Shown one piece after another: positions 19,501 to 28,784 of a DNA stretch of 64,000 bases. Source of the stretch: a virus (Duplodnaviria > Caudoviricetes). Both the position numbers and the translations under genes were made by a program. The first letter of the stretch is position 1, and the number at the start of each line of letters is the position of its first letter. The stretch lies in the IMG/VR virus record IMGVR_UViG_3300044551_000092, positions 96,001-160,000 of that record. One strand, 5' to 3'. The notes under the pieces are model-generated. The model saw nothing but the letters and a program-made list of their open reading frames with translations. It had not been told where the DNA came from and made no database searches.

Positions 19501-22500
19501 CGGTTCAAGGCGATGGCATTGAACTGACAAATAAGCTGAATGCCGTGTATGGCCCAGATGATAGCACGGAAACCTTTCTTCATTCTAAAAAAGAGCCCAC
19601 GGAAATTTTAGACGAGTTGTTGACTGATTCTCAGGGCTTCTGGCACGACTTGATCGCTGGTCTTTCCAACTCAGAATTTAATAATCATTCGTTGGGTATT
19701 ATGCACTTCGGTGCGCCGGGGCCGCCGGAAGGGTGGAATGATGTTGGTTTTCAGCCTTTTCTAGAAAGCATTAACCCTAAAAATTGGTTTGGTGCTTCTC
19801 GTAAAATTGGCGAAGTTAATATGAATGTCTATAATACCAATGGTCTAACTCATAAAGAGGAAGACACCTGGTGGAATAATATTCGCAACACGTTGGGTTT
19901 TGGAGACAGCGATGAGGATAATATCAATATCAATTTGTTTGATAAAACCTTTTGGGATATTGTGAATATCTGTGCGGCCATTGGTGATGATTTTATTGCA
20001 GCGGTTCATCCGTTTGATTTTCGCAGTACCATCTTTATGGGGAAGCCTTATTTCCCGCTTCACTACGGCTATCAGGTAGCGCTTGGACAAGTCGTTGGAA
20101 CAAAAGTGAAAGTCTTTCGTCAGCTGCATTCCTATGATAGTTATACAAATATCATTAATAATGCGGTCTTGGCGTCGGAAGAAAATATGTACAACGTGGC
20201 TGTGGGTACATATATGGATGAGGGAAAGACTCGGACAACTCAGCCCGTCTATGTTGACACAAATATTTGGCCGGAAAAGCAGCGGACCGTAAATATTGAT
20301 ACAACATTAAATGCCAAAGGGATGAAATTTGTAGATAAAATTCCCCTGATTGGCGGCCTACTCAATAAACCAGCTAAATGGTACTTCGATGAAGGAGTCG
20401 CTTTAAAGATTACGGCAGCTGGCTTGCGGGATTATGTCAAAGATATGTACCAAGGGTATTTAACAGTAATGGGCGATCCTTCTGTTAAGCCTTATGATCA
20501 ATGCTTCATGCAAGATGAATTTAATCTGATGTCCGGTACGTTTGATGTCAAAGAGATTATTCACTATTTTGATAAAGAGAATGGCTTTATCAGCATGATA
20601 AAACCAGACATCATCGCTTTCAATAACGATCGAAGAATCTACTCACTCGGGACAGAAGCCATGCATGTCCTATGTGCAGCCTCGACGACTTGGGTCTTGC
20701 GAAAGATTTTACGATCCAAGGGTTACAACACAACACTTCCAGTTATGAATGCCATCTGGTCCAGTACTCGGAAATCTTTAGTCTATGCAAAGCAAAAATT
20801 TGATACTAAAAAATTAAAATCAAAAATTCAAGAATTCTATGGCAATCACATCAAGGGAGCAACTGAACAAGCTGTTACGGATGACATGGAGAAAGCAGCG
20901 GCTGCTGAAAATGTGTCACGGAGCAAGCAGCAAATTTCTGCATCGACCATAAAAAAATGGGTAAAGAACGGTTCATTAAAAAGCGCCGCGAAAAATTTGA
21001 AAGATGTCAGTGCTGAAGAACTTCAAGCTATCCTCAAAGGAGGAAAGTCTGCACTATCCAATCTGAAGTTTACAAAAAATCTTGGCATAGAACGCAGCAA
21101 ACTTCTTCAGCTTAGTAAACGATCGGCCAGCGGCTTATTAAAGGGGGCAAAGTTTGCCGCTGGCGGGGCGGCAAGAGGCGGTAAGTACCTTGTTGGGGCA
21201 AGTTCATTACTTGCGGGACCGCCCGGTTGGGTTGGATTTGCTCTTGAATCAGCCCTAACTTTTGTTGGGACAGCAACAATTGGCGAATTTTTGCATCGTT
21301 TCTTAGCAAATCGACATTCTGTCGTTGTCGTCCCATTAATGAAGGATGGGGTGGCTTTCTGTGCCGGACTGAATGGCCATAAAGGAGCTATCCTCGGTGA
21401 CTCTCCCGATATGATTAGTTGGCTGTCCAATACTTTTATTGGTGATCTTTTCTTAGGATTCACTGGAGTTGATACGAGTGACTTAAACGCATCATCTCAG
21501 TCAGTTTCTATTCAAATGCAAGTCCCAGCCTCAACATATAACGATAAAACAGCAAAAAAGAAAAGTCAGCCGACACAACAAGAAGACGCCGAGACCTGGT
21601 TGAATCAAATTTACCGACGACCGATCATGTATGACCCTGAGATTCAAAAACTTTATGATGCCGACTATGCCGCAAAAGAAAAAGAATGGAAGGATCATCT
21701 AGATGAACTAGGTAAAGGACTGGAAAGTGCATTATATGCCGACTATAGTAAACTGTTCAACCAGGGGCAAGAGTTCATCAATGAACTTCAGAAAATGTTT
21801 AGTAATTTCTTGAATTCAGTCTTCGGCGATAATGATGATTCGGGCGGCGGATCAGTTGATGGGAAAGCTGTCCATATTTCCGCACAGGTTAAAAAATATC
21901 AATCAAAAATTGAAAAATATGCAAAGAAATACAAAGTAGACGGCTATGTGCAACTGCTAATGGCGATTATGATGCAGGAATCCGGCGGACGTGGCAATGA
22001 TCCAATGCAGTCCGGCCAATCCAGTCCAGACGCTTCGATCAAACGGGGCTGTGCCGTTTTTAAAGAATCTTTAGATCATGGTCATAAATATGGTATGAAA
22101 ACAGTTATACAAGGCTATAACATGGGGCCGGGCTTCTGTGATTATGTAGGTAAGCACGGTAAAAAATTCAAAAGCTCCTTAGCTTATTCTTTTTCAGCCT
22201 ATATGAAAAGCAAACATGGTTATCGGGTATTCGGTGATCCCGATTATGTTGCGCATGTCCTGCGTTATTATGAAGGGAGTCTTGAGCCTTCATCCGGCGG
22301 TTCGGGCGATGCGCCAAGTACTGTTGGATCAGCAGGAAAGAAAAAATATCATTTAAGTCAATCCAAAGCAAAGAAGACACTCATTAATTTGCACAGCCAA
22401 AAGGGAAAACACTTTGGCCTAACTCTTGTAGATAGTGGTAGTGGCTTAATTCGGAAAGGTTCTTATGAAGTCCTTAATAATATAGCAGAAAAATATAAGA

Positions 22501-22832
22501 AAGAAACCGGTCAAACATTGAACGTGACCAGTGCTTACCGTCCGGGTGATTCCAACTGGCATGGGACTGGTTATGCGGTGGATGTTGATACGCCAAACAC
22601 AATGGTGCGTCAACGAAACGGTAAACTTGGTTTCAAAATGAACAGTAAAGATCGAAAGAATGCCGAGAAATTAGTGAATATCGCTGCTCAATGTGGTATG
22701 GACGGATTTGTCTTTGGGGATTACTCCCTTCTTCAGGAAGTCAAAAGTAAACACAAGGGTCTTGTCACTCAGTACCGGCCGCAGGACCACTACAATCACT
22801 TTCATATGTCCTATCCAAAGAAGAAAAAATAA
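16536..22832 (+). CDS. Multidomain baseplate hub / tail lysin (gp27/gpD-like hub + CwlT-like lysozyme + M15 peptidase)
   Basis: Hub-like GTRVHFRMGYGS...INGTIT and GYLTVMGDPSVKPYD...EIIHYF. Lysozyme-like MAIMMQESGG..DPMQ...QGYNMG...GDPDYVAHVLRYY. M15-type TSAYRP...HGTGYAVD...HFH. Start set at ATG 16536 (track start GTG 16524). Confidence 0.8.
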   Translation: MAVSVPTLDDRDFLYGELPEHHLRIGDSQFLIPPTSIQVNQTMKTEKITMLRSRGSLPVQSGYSEQFITISLFFPNEDAINYEMRPLLAQMKKCPFLPIENTYLNNVYKINAIVINDVTAQTNPGFPGTMTLLVQMFAFDPATYIYGSSDKDFNDMFNWPLFRWYYEQNLIPQTDQRHATYYEPLTEPLNDSFFFKIASEDDLIAMRQWRLKKTKLIQDWAQQNKSWSFSDFFGFLKGKVGQIFGHSYKSEEEQFDDDLDNLYHNAMFDYDISYEPWPTGDLILTDLAVSFENHLSTMQLEMDENPTYQYLGSGDVTIIASFEASDEESLASLQNLIDRGNYYLRTYREEMLTGAIEFDCQLARLFGIKNVVISNMVVDTVENQPGVYSVKLTMYGYNRIAKKMNEVRAMTLGLEWSNGGTNALKYIIPFVGPVLFGADRPFFKVFTNYMKDVGDDIKVTKDGVQLAIYQSAVLETFKMAEVYPDLELPTYDEVEAAGFSIKNLNDGIFVDPDFFLVYDDIEDYARQVDTVFKTGGDKFGLRLEDMTGNNASVDGTKIKPAKDDKKKKSTGLKSSPPKETKLDTKNNSTDQNEKLLRQAAKKYGISDKFIVGFATSFDPKLRQYYDKGANPDFNYLYSSQETSTITQKQDLKYTIGQEGADYYYGVMRVRPTLGYSVLLEKRTDYNIDQGTRAMAVSIAHLRAGYDDKNDYHYEHLANAFDLDLSSKEDASLCEFMGGVMIYLGYERELAELLKNNRQLSSQLSGMLKDMVSTIKKTDGGTSKTDLIKLPVKDYKNISDYKAPSTLVAGTQINEDDFGDLESSTIKASMCHDTILYDHRGRLVRAFPSFFIAFIDEGRYVGTSRMSDQFFQYRGVTSIEYDYTRKSAANTLFLTMSNVYGSLSDSEKAQDLTYSSTWDVFQSLINPASAADQLERSRHRDPNYYKTIMLTTGTRVHFRMGYGSNIQMMPTIINGTITSIENKMETLHVAVQGDGIELTNKLNAVYGPDDSTETFLHSKKEPTEILDELLTDSQGFWHDLIAGLSNSEFNNHSLGIMHFGAPGPPEGWNDVGFQPFLESINPKNWFGASRKIGEVNMNVYNTNGLTHKEEDTWWNNIRNTLGFGDSDEDNININLFDKTFWDIVNICAAIGDDFIAAVHPFDFRSTIFMGKPYFPLHYGYQVALGQVVGTKVKVFRQLHSYDSYTNIINNAVLASEENMYNVAVGTYMDEGKTRTTQPVYVDTNIWPEKQRTVNIDTTLNAKGMKFVDKIPLIGGLLNKPAKWYFDEGVALKITAAGLRDYVKDMYQGYLTVMGDPSVKPYDQCFMQDEFNLMSGTFDVKEIIHYFDKENGFISMIKPDIIAFNNDRRIYSLGTEAMHVLCAASTTWVLRKILRSKGYNTTLPVMNAIWSSTRKSLVYAKQKFDTKKLKSKIQEFYGNHIKGATEQAVTDDMEKAAAAENVSRSKQQISASTIKKWVKNGSLKSAAKNLKDVSAEELQAILKGGKSALSNLKFTKNLGIERSKLLQLSKRSASGLLKGAKFAAGGAARGGKYLVGASSLLAGPPGWVGFALESALTFVGTATIGEFLHRFLANRHSVVVVPLMKDGVAFCAGLNGHKGAILGDSPDMISWLSNTFIGDLFLGFTGVDTSDLNASSQSVSIQMQVPASTYNDKTAKKKSQPTQQEDAETWLNQIYRRPIMYDPEIQKLYDADYAAKEKEWKDHLDELGKGLESALYADYSKLFNQGQEFINELQKMFSNFLNSVFGDNDDSGGGSVDGKAVHISAQVKKYQSKIEKYAKKYKVDGYVQLLMAIMMQESGGRGNDPMQSGQSSPDASIKRGCAVFKESLDHGHKYGMKTVIQGYNMGPGFCDYVGKHGKKFKSSLAYSFSAYMKSKHGYRVFGDPDYVAHVLRYYEGSLEPSSGGSGDAPSTVGSAGKKKYHLSQSKAKKTLINLHSQKGKHFGLTLVDSGSGLIRKGSYEVLNNIAEKYKKETGQTLNVTSAYRPGDSNWHGTGYAVDVDTPNTMVRQRNGKLGFKMNSKDRKNAEKLVNIAAQCGMDGFVFGDYSLLQEVKSKHKGLVTQYRPQDHYNHFHMSYPKKKK

Positions 22833-22845
22833 GAGGTGAAAAGGA

Positions 22846-23265
22846 ATGTCGGTCTCGAGTAAAATTGCAAAAAAAGGTGCTTCTAAGGCGCGAGAACGTT
22901 ATCAGCCCGGTGTAATTGGCCATGTTCAAGCTTATCACCCAATTATAGACGATGTTATTAGGTGGCTGAAAAACGGAAATAAAGAAAAAGCCGCTGCAAC
23001 AGGCAATACGGCAGATGTGAAAGCGATTATCGGTAAGCGAACAGAAACTTATAAAAATGTTCCGGTCTGTGTCTACTCACAGGAAATTGTTCAAGGCGGA
23101 TTAGAAAAGAACACGAGAGTGTGGATAGAATTCATTAATGGAGATCTTCAACATCCCATTATTACTTCGGTATACTATCCGCCAACGGCTTTTGATTATA
23201 TCACCAACGCGTTTACGTTTGGTGTTGCTCGTTCTTTTTCAGGTCTGCACCTATTTGGAGGATAA
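22846..23265 (+). CDS. Baseplate spike-like OB-fold protein (gpV/gp5 N-terminal-like)
   Basis: KNVPV...RVWIEFINGDLQHPIITSV resembles the spike OB-fold signature; lies directly after the hub. Confidence 0.55.
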   Translation: MSVSSKIAKKGASKARERYQPGVIGHVQAYHPIIDDVIRWLKNGNKEKAAATGNTADVKAIIGKRTETYKNVPVCVYSQEIVQGGLEKNTRVWIEFINGDLQHPIITSVYYPPTAFDYITNAFTFGVARSFSGLHLFGG

Positions 23266-23267
23266 TT

Positions 23268-23678
23268 ATGACTTGGAAAGACGACTTAAACGAATATAAT
23301 TTATCTGATGACAGTAACCTTGATGATGCCGCGCTCGCGGATCAAGCGCCCGGCAATAAAGATATTGGATTGATCAATCAAGCTAATGGTGCCGGATTTC
23401 TTATTCGTAAAGATCAGACAATGCAGGGGTTCAGTGATTACGGACTGGGTTTCTCTTTTGACCCGCGCACCAAAAGTTTATCTGTATATGCACAGACCAT
23501 TAATCTCTATACACAAAAGATCAATAAAAGCAGTACGCAAAACTTAACTTTTTTTCAAGGGGATTATAAAGACGTAATGGACATGGTTGAGCAAAAAGAG
23601 GCTTTGTCTCAACAAGATCAGGAATCTGACGATGAGAACCTTGAGGATGGAGAGGGCTTCTATGGGGAATTACAGTGA
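23268..23678 (+). CDS. Hypothetical baseplate protein (beta-rich, acidic tail)
   Basis: SD GGAGG; between spike-like and gp25-like genes. Confidence 0.5.
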   Translation: MTWKDDLNEYNLSDDSNLDDAALADQAPGNKDIGLINQANGAGFLIRKDQTMQGFSDYGLGFSFDPRTKSLSVYAQTINLYTQKINKSSTQNLTFFQGDYKDVMDMVEQKEALSQQDQESDDENLEDGEGFYGELQ

Positions 23679-24273
23679 GAAAGATCTGTCATTCTATGGT
23701 CGCCGAAAAGTGGACTGTACGGTCGAACAAAAAGGAAATTATAATATCATCCGTTGGAAACCCGCTGATCATTTTTTAATCTATGGTTATGAAATCTATC
23801 GAAGCGCTATTCATACTGAAGAAGGAAATTTGCTTGTTCTCATTGATAATATTTATGGAGAATATGCCGATCCAATTCCGCCAAATGATCAGACACCGTA
23901 TTATTATACGGTCTACTATATTTCTTATGGCGATTTAGGAATCAAAAATGGTGATTTAGCATTGACAGATGGAAAAGCCTGTGCTGAACAGGATGCTTTA
24001 AATCGGATACGAACTCAGACAACAGACTGGCGCAGTCATCCAGAACTCGGGGCTGATCTTGAAGATTTAGAAGGCGAGCCCAATACAAGAGTAAATGGGC
24101 AAAAAGGAGTCGATCAGATTTTTAAGGCATTGACTCAAGATGGCCGTTTTTCACCAGAGGACGTAACGGTACGGGCTATCCCTGTTTCAATTGAAGAAAT
24201 TGATTTTTATACAATTATTGATACTCACGATGGAGATCCGATTGTTATCAAAACCCCATTAACCTTGCAATAA
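23662..24273 (+). CDS. gp25/gpW-like baseplate wedge protein with N-terminal FN3-like segment
   Basis: GDLALTDG...RIRTQTTDWRSHPELGADLEDLEGEPN...IFKALTQDGRF (gp25-like); N-terminal IRWKP...GYEIYRS...YYYTV. Start moved from 23587 to ATG 23662 (SD GGAGAGG). Confidence 0.7.
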   Translation: MGNYSEKDLSFYGRRKVDCTVEQKGNYNIIRWKPADHFLIYGYEIYRSAIHTEEGNLLVLIDNIYGEYADPIPPNDQTPYYYTVYYISYGDLGIKNGDLALTDGKACAEQDALNRIRTQTTDWRSHPELGADLEDLEGEPNTRVNGQKGVDQIFKALTQDGRFSPEDVTVRAIPVSIEEIDFYTIIDTHDGDPIVIKTPLTLQ

Positions 24274-24288
24274 AAGAGGTGAGGAACT

Positions 24289-25155
24289 ATGTTTGTTAGA
24301 CGATCAGCAATGGATATAATCGACACAGCAACGGATTATATTCTCTCTAATACATCCATTACGAATATGAATCCAGGCGGCATTGCCCGATCAATTACAG
24401 AAGCAATGGCTCCGGAATATGAATCGCTTTATGATTTTGCTCAGGACGTACTTGATCAAGGAATATTAAGTAAAGCGACATTGGATGCCACCACAAATAC
24501 GGATTACTTAGCTTTGATCGGAGGGCTTTTTAATTACCCTAGGCGGACAAAACAAGTTTTGAATGTTGATACAGGCATTACCGAAGAACAACCCATTGAT
24601 GATGATACCTATCGGTATGAAATATCTCAGCAAGTACAGGCGCAAGTCTCTTCAAATGAACAGGCCGTCAGACTTGCCGCGCTGACAGCTGACGGGGTGG
24701 CCGATATTATCATTCAAGAATACACGCATGGATCTGGGAGCTTTTCAATAATCGTTATGCCTGTTTTTGGCTTTGACGATCACGAAGTATTAAATGCAGT
24801 CATTGACAAAGTAAATGATAGCCGAGGGCTCGGGATCCGGGCGAACATTACTTTACCGGTTTATGTAGACGTTGATGTCTCACTACAACTTGTCTTCAAA
24901 GATTTACTTGCAGAAGATGAAAAGCAAAATACCATTTTTGATATTACCAGTAAAATAACAGACTATCTGGGTAACTATACAGTTGGTCAATCATTTGTCT
25001 ACAATGATTTTGTCGCAAAAGTCATGGAATCCTCAGATAATATACAAGATTTTATTGTTGTCTCTTTGAATTTCAATGATACACCTGTATTACTGATGAA
25101 TCAGACTATTAACGATGATGAACGGATTCGACCAAGAAATATCACTGTAGCATAA
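24289..25155 (+). CDS. Baseplate J-like wedge protein
   Basis: ITNMNPGGIARSITEA...A...L..IG...R; DDDTYRYEI; ALTADGVADI; GSGSFSIIV; IDKVNDSRGLGI; follows the gp25-like gene. Confidence 0.8.
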   Translation: MFVRRSAMDIIDTATDYILSNTSITNMNPGGIARSITEAMAPEYESLYDFAQDVLDQGILSKATLDATTNTDYLALIGGLFNYPRRTKQVLNVDTGITEEQPIDDDTYRYEISQQVQAQVSSNEQAVRLAALTADGVADIIIQEYTHGSGSFSIIVMPVFGFDDHEVLNAVIDKVNDSRGLGIRANITLPVYVDVDVSLQLVFKDLLAEDEKQNTIFDITSKITDYLGNYTVGQSFVYNDFVAKVMESSDNIQDFIVVSLNFNDTPVLLMNQTINDDERIRPRNITVA

Positions 25156-25177
25156 TTAAACTAGAGAGGTGAGTCTT

Positions 25178-25759
25178 GTGGGGACAAAAATTCAACTTTA
25201 TGATTTAGAAACACTCATTCAAAATTTGATTAATGACCTGAAAACTTTTCAGGGTAACCATGAAACCCTTCTTAAACGATTGCAAGATATATCTATTAAT
25301 GATTTAGATGATTCTATAAAAGAAATTTTACAAGACCTGTTGCAAGGCAAGGCAGATTCTAATCAATTAACCATTGCCCGCATAAATGAACTTGAAACAC
25401 AGATTAGCGATATTTTAGATAATCTCAGTCAAATTCAATCCTCTTTAGGTGACAATAACAATCAGAATATTCATTACGAATATGATGAAAATGATAATGT
25501 TGTTAAAGAAATTACAACAGGCGATAATGCCTATACGACTGAATATTTCTATTCTGGTGAAAATCAAGACATTCTTAATCACTCGATAAAGACGATTATT
25601 CTCAAAAATGGTGATACATTAACGGTTACAGAGCAATATCAATATGCTGGAGACAATATAACATCGATCGTGCGAATAGCTAAACTGACACCAAAAGAAC
25701 CAGAAACGCCAATAGTTGAGTCAGCATATTCAAAAGAAGTGGCTGTTGCAGTTGCCTAA
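25178..25759 (+). CDS. Hypothetical structural protein (coiled coil + short YD-like beta repeats)
   Basis: Heptad-rich N-terminal half; YEYDENDNV, YFYSGE, YQYAGDNI. Start GTG 25178 chosen from SD GAGGTG (track start 25169). Confidence 0.5.
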   Translation: MGTKIQLYDLETLIQNLINDLKTFQGNHETLLKRLQDISINDLDDSIKEILQDLLQGKADSNQLTIARINELETQISDILDNLSQIQSSLGDNNNQNIHYEYDENDNVVKEITTGDNAYTTEYFYSGENQDILNHSIKTIILKNGDTLTVTEQYQYAGDNITSIVRIAKLTPKEPETPIVESAYSKEVAVAVA

Positions 25760-25782
25760 ACTAGTAGGGATGGTGATTTATC

Positions 25783-27267
25783 TTGGATATTGTATCCTTG
25801 AATAAGGCCAATCAAGCCTTAAAAAGAATAAAACATCTTGACCAGGATATTATTGGTGCCGGCGCTGAAAGCCACTTTAAATCTGTCGATGCAAGGCTTG
25901 ACTGGATTGAAAATCAAGCGCTTGTTCAGTCCGCCGCTAACACATTAAACATCGATTTATCCAAGGGAACATTTAATAATACAGAATTAATTAATAATAA
26001 ACTACAATTAAAAAAAATCGGTGAAACACAAGCAGGTTATACAGAAAATGTCATACCCGCAAAATTATCTTTTGATGATCTGAGTAAATATCCATGGAAA
26101 ATAACAGGAACAGGTTTTCTAAAGTTTAGATCTCCGGACCGTATGTTTGATCATGGAGCTTCAGCTTTTGCAGGAGGGACTAATGGACCTGGTTCAGGTT
26201 ATATTTTATTTGATACTGGAGAAGGATATGAAACTCAAATCACAAAAATAAGATTGACATCTGCTGGATATGGATTTCCTCAGAACTGGAAAATTGATAC
26301 ATCTGATGAAAATAATTTTTCTGGGGAAGAAAAAACAGTTTATCAAAACACGGATGAAAGTTATAAGAATAAAGGACAAATATTAGAAGTCAATCTTTCT
26401 ACAGATCGACCATATCGTTATTATAAAATGACTTATAAAAGCACGTATGGTGATTATGCTCCTATAGGCCAGCCTGGTAATCACTTATCACTTTATGAAT
26501 TGGAAGCAATGGCGCCGAAAACGGTTACCATATATGCCTCACAGGGAAGTTACGAAACTGAAAAGATTGATTTTGGGATTGGCTATATTAAAACTGATTT
26601 AATCAATATTGTTCAGCAATTACCTTCTAGTGATGCTAAAGTAGAAACCTATATAGCCGATTCAGCGGATGGAGAAAACTTTAGTGATTATGTTTTGCTT
26701 GATCTTGAAAACCTGCCACAAAACAGGTACATCAAAATAAAGTTATCTTTGTCTGCACTAGCTCTTTCTGAAGATCCAACTTCTGCTACAGAAACGCCCA
26801 CTGTATCTTCTGTTACAATCGATATTATTGAGCAATCGCTAGAAGGTCGGCTAAAAAATTTGGAACTCTCTAATGCAATTAATCTAGCCAAACTAAATTT
26901 TAGAACCAGCGCTTATGCTTTAACTGATAAGTATCAGTTGGAAGAGATGGTTATTGATACATTTGAACAAAGCGGATCAGTAGATCCGGCAACCACCGCG
27001 TCATATGATGAGACAAACAAGCAGTATATTGGTGCGGGGGATATGCTGACTGTGACCGATACGCTTGCCTATCCTCCGACCGGTTTCCTGATTGTGGCGG
27101 ATAGTGATAAGGCAACCTTTCAATATTCACTAGATAATGGGGCAACGTGGGTGGACGCGCCAACCAATCAATTTATTAATATCACTACAACCAATACGCA
27201 ATTAAAAATAAAAGCAACGATTGAAGAAGGCGGGGCTCTTAGGGCTCTAGCTTACTCATGGATCTGA
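25783..27267 (+). CDS. Tail fibre/adhesin family A member with discoidin (F5/8C)-like insert
   Basis: N-terminal MDIVS, INLAKLN core, C-terminal SLDNGATW...LKIKA...LAYSWI shared with paralogs; central MFD...FPQNWKI...YRYYK...ELE. Confidence 0.6.
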   Translation: MDIVSLNKANQALKRIKHLDQDIIGAGAESHFKSVDARLDWIENQALVQSAANTLNIDLSKGTFNNTELINNKLQLKKIGETQAGYTENVIPAKLSFDDLSKYPWKITGTGFLKFRSPDRMFDHGASAFAGGTNGPGSGYILFDTGEGYETQITKIRLTSAGYGFPQNWKIDTSDENNFSGEEKTVYQNTDESYKNKGQILEVNLSTDRPYRYYKMTYKSTYGDYAPIGQPGNHLSLYELEAMAPKTVTIYASQGSYETEKIDFGIGYIKTDLINIVQQLPSSDAKVETYIADSADGENFSDYVLLDLENLPQNRYIKIKLSLSALALSEDPTSATETPTVSSVTIDIIEQSLEGRLKNLELSNAINLAKLNFRTSAYALTDKYQLEEMVIDTFEQSGSVDPATTASYDETNKQYIGAGDMLTVTDTLAYPPTGFLIVADSDKATFQYSLDNGATWVDAPTNQFINITTTNTQLKIKATIEEGGALRALAYSWI

Positions 27268-27278
27268 GGTGATAACGC

Positions 27279-28784
27279 ATGGATATAATCAGTTATCAAG
27301 CGGCTAAAAAGGCCAAAAAAGCCGCACAAAAACTGAATGATCGGATTGGTCTTGGCGCGGCAGCGAACGGTGATCCGGCAAATTACGTCGATGGGACGGC
27401 CAAAACCGTTAAAGAACGTCTGGAGAATTTAGATTCCAAGGCTCTTCCTGAATCTTTTAATAAACAAGTTTCTAAACTTGAAGAAAACACAATGATTAAT
27501 TTAAATAAGACCAATCTGAAGATGGAAGCTCTTTTATCTAAAGATCGGTTCAAGTTAGAAAATCTCGTGTTCGATAATTTTAAAGATGAAACTGGCATTG
27601 ATAAGGATCAATCCAATAATTATACGTTTGATCAATCAGCCGATAAAGTAAAGCAAACGAGTCCGACGATCCCTGCAGAAATTGTAACTATTGCTGAAGA
27701 AACAGAAGAGACACCTCAAAAAATTACCGTTTCCCAATCCAGTAAAGAACAAATAAATGAAGAAATGCATGTTGATTTGTCTAAGGGAAACCTTATTCAT
27801 GCTGAATTAGTTGATGGCACCGTACGGCTTGCTATTGAAGATGAAGAAAACCAGCACTATTTTGAATCCGGCAGCTATGAATCAACGGTAATTGACCTAA
27901 GCGAAAACTTCAAAAAGTTTACAAAATTGAATGCCGCAATTTTCTACCGTTCAATTTCCGGAACAAATACCATACCAGCAATGACCAGCAATATCGCGCC
28001 CGGCGGAGAAGCAGAAGCGAGTAGTATTTATAATTCGAATCATCAACCGTGGAAGGCGTTTAACCATACGACCAATGTAAATGATGTTAATGATGCATGG
28101 GTTCCCGCACCCAATGATACATCCCCTTGGATTAGCTATGATTTTGGAAATGCAAGAACTATTCGGGCTTATCTAATTACGATAAGGACGTACAGTACAG
28201 ATGGTAATCTTGGACCTACCAGTTGGATGTTTGAAGGATCCAACGATGGAGAAAATTGGACTACTATTGATTCTCATTTTAATCAACCTCAATGGACAAC
28301 CGGTGAAAAAAGAGGATGGATTTTATCTAATCCACAGTCGTTTAGATATTATCGTTTAAATATAACAGATACTGCAAGTCAAATCATTTCAATCGGCGAA
28401 CTTGAAATGCTTACTGATGTCTATACAAAAAAAGAAGAAATCTACACTGCCACATCAACGGACAATCAAACTTTTACCGATTATGAACCCTTAAACTCAG
28501 ATGACACAATTGCTTCTCCGGATGGTCGATATATTAAAGTCAAAATTGTCTTGCCGGCAGCGGCTGGGCTTAAAGAACAACCTGTTTATGATTTTTCAGC
28601 TAACGATGAATCTGTGAAATTTCAGGAAAACAACTACATTGATTTTACTAACTCACTTAAATTAAAGACGAATTATATAGAAAACATGATAATCGATGAT
28701 TCATACACAGAGGAAGGTACAATATTTAAAACAACAATAGATAAAACTAAATTTCAGTCCATAGACAAGATTGAGGTGTGGTAA
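27279..28784 (+). CDS. Tail fibre/adhesin family A member (N-terminal half of scaffold) with discoidin domain
   Basis: MDIISY...RLENL...INLNKTN...FDNFKDETGID; IPAMTSN...WKAFN...WISYDF...PTSWMFEGSNDGENWTTID...FRYYRLNI...IGELEM. Confidence 0.7.
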   Translation: MDIISYQAAKKAKKAAQKLNDRIGLGAAANGDPANYVDGTAKTVKERLENLDSKALPESFNKQVSKLEENTMINLNKTNLKMEALLSKDRFKLENLVFDNFKDETGIDKDQSNNYTFDQSADKVKQTSPTIPAEIVTIAEETEETPQKITVSQSSKEQINEEMHVDLSKGNLIHAELVDGTVRLAIEDEENQHYFESGSYESTVIDLSENFKKFTKLNAAIFYRSISGTNTIPAMTSNIAPGGEAEASSIYNSNHQPWKAFNHTTNVNDVNDAWVPAPNDTSPWISYDFGNARTIRAYLITIRTYSTDGNLGPTSWMFEGSNDGENWTTIDSHFNQPQWTTGEKRGWILSNPQSFRYYRLNITDTASQIISIGELEMLTDVYTKKEEIYTATSTDNQTFTDYEPLNSDDTIASPDGRYIKVKIVLPAAAGLKEQPVYDFSANDESVKFQENNYIDFTNSLKLKTNYIENMIIDDSYTEEGTIFKTTIDKTKFQSIDKIEVW

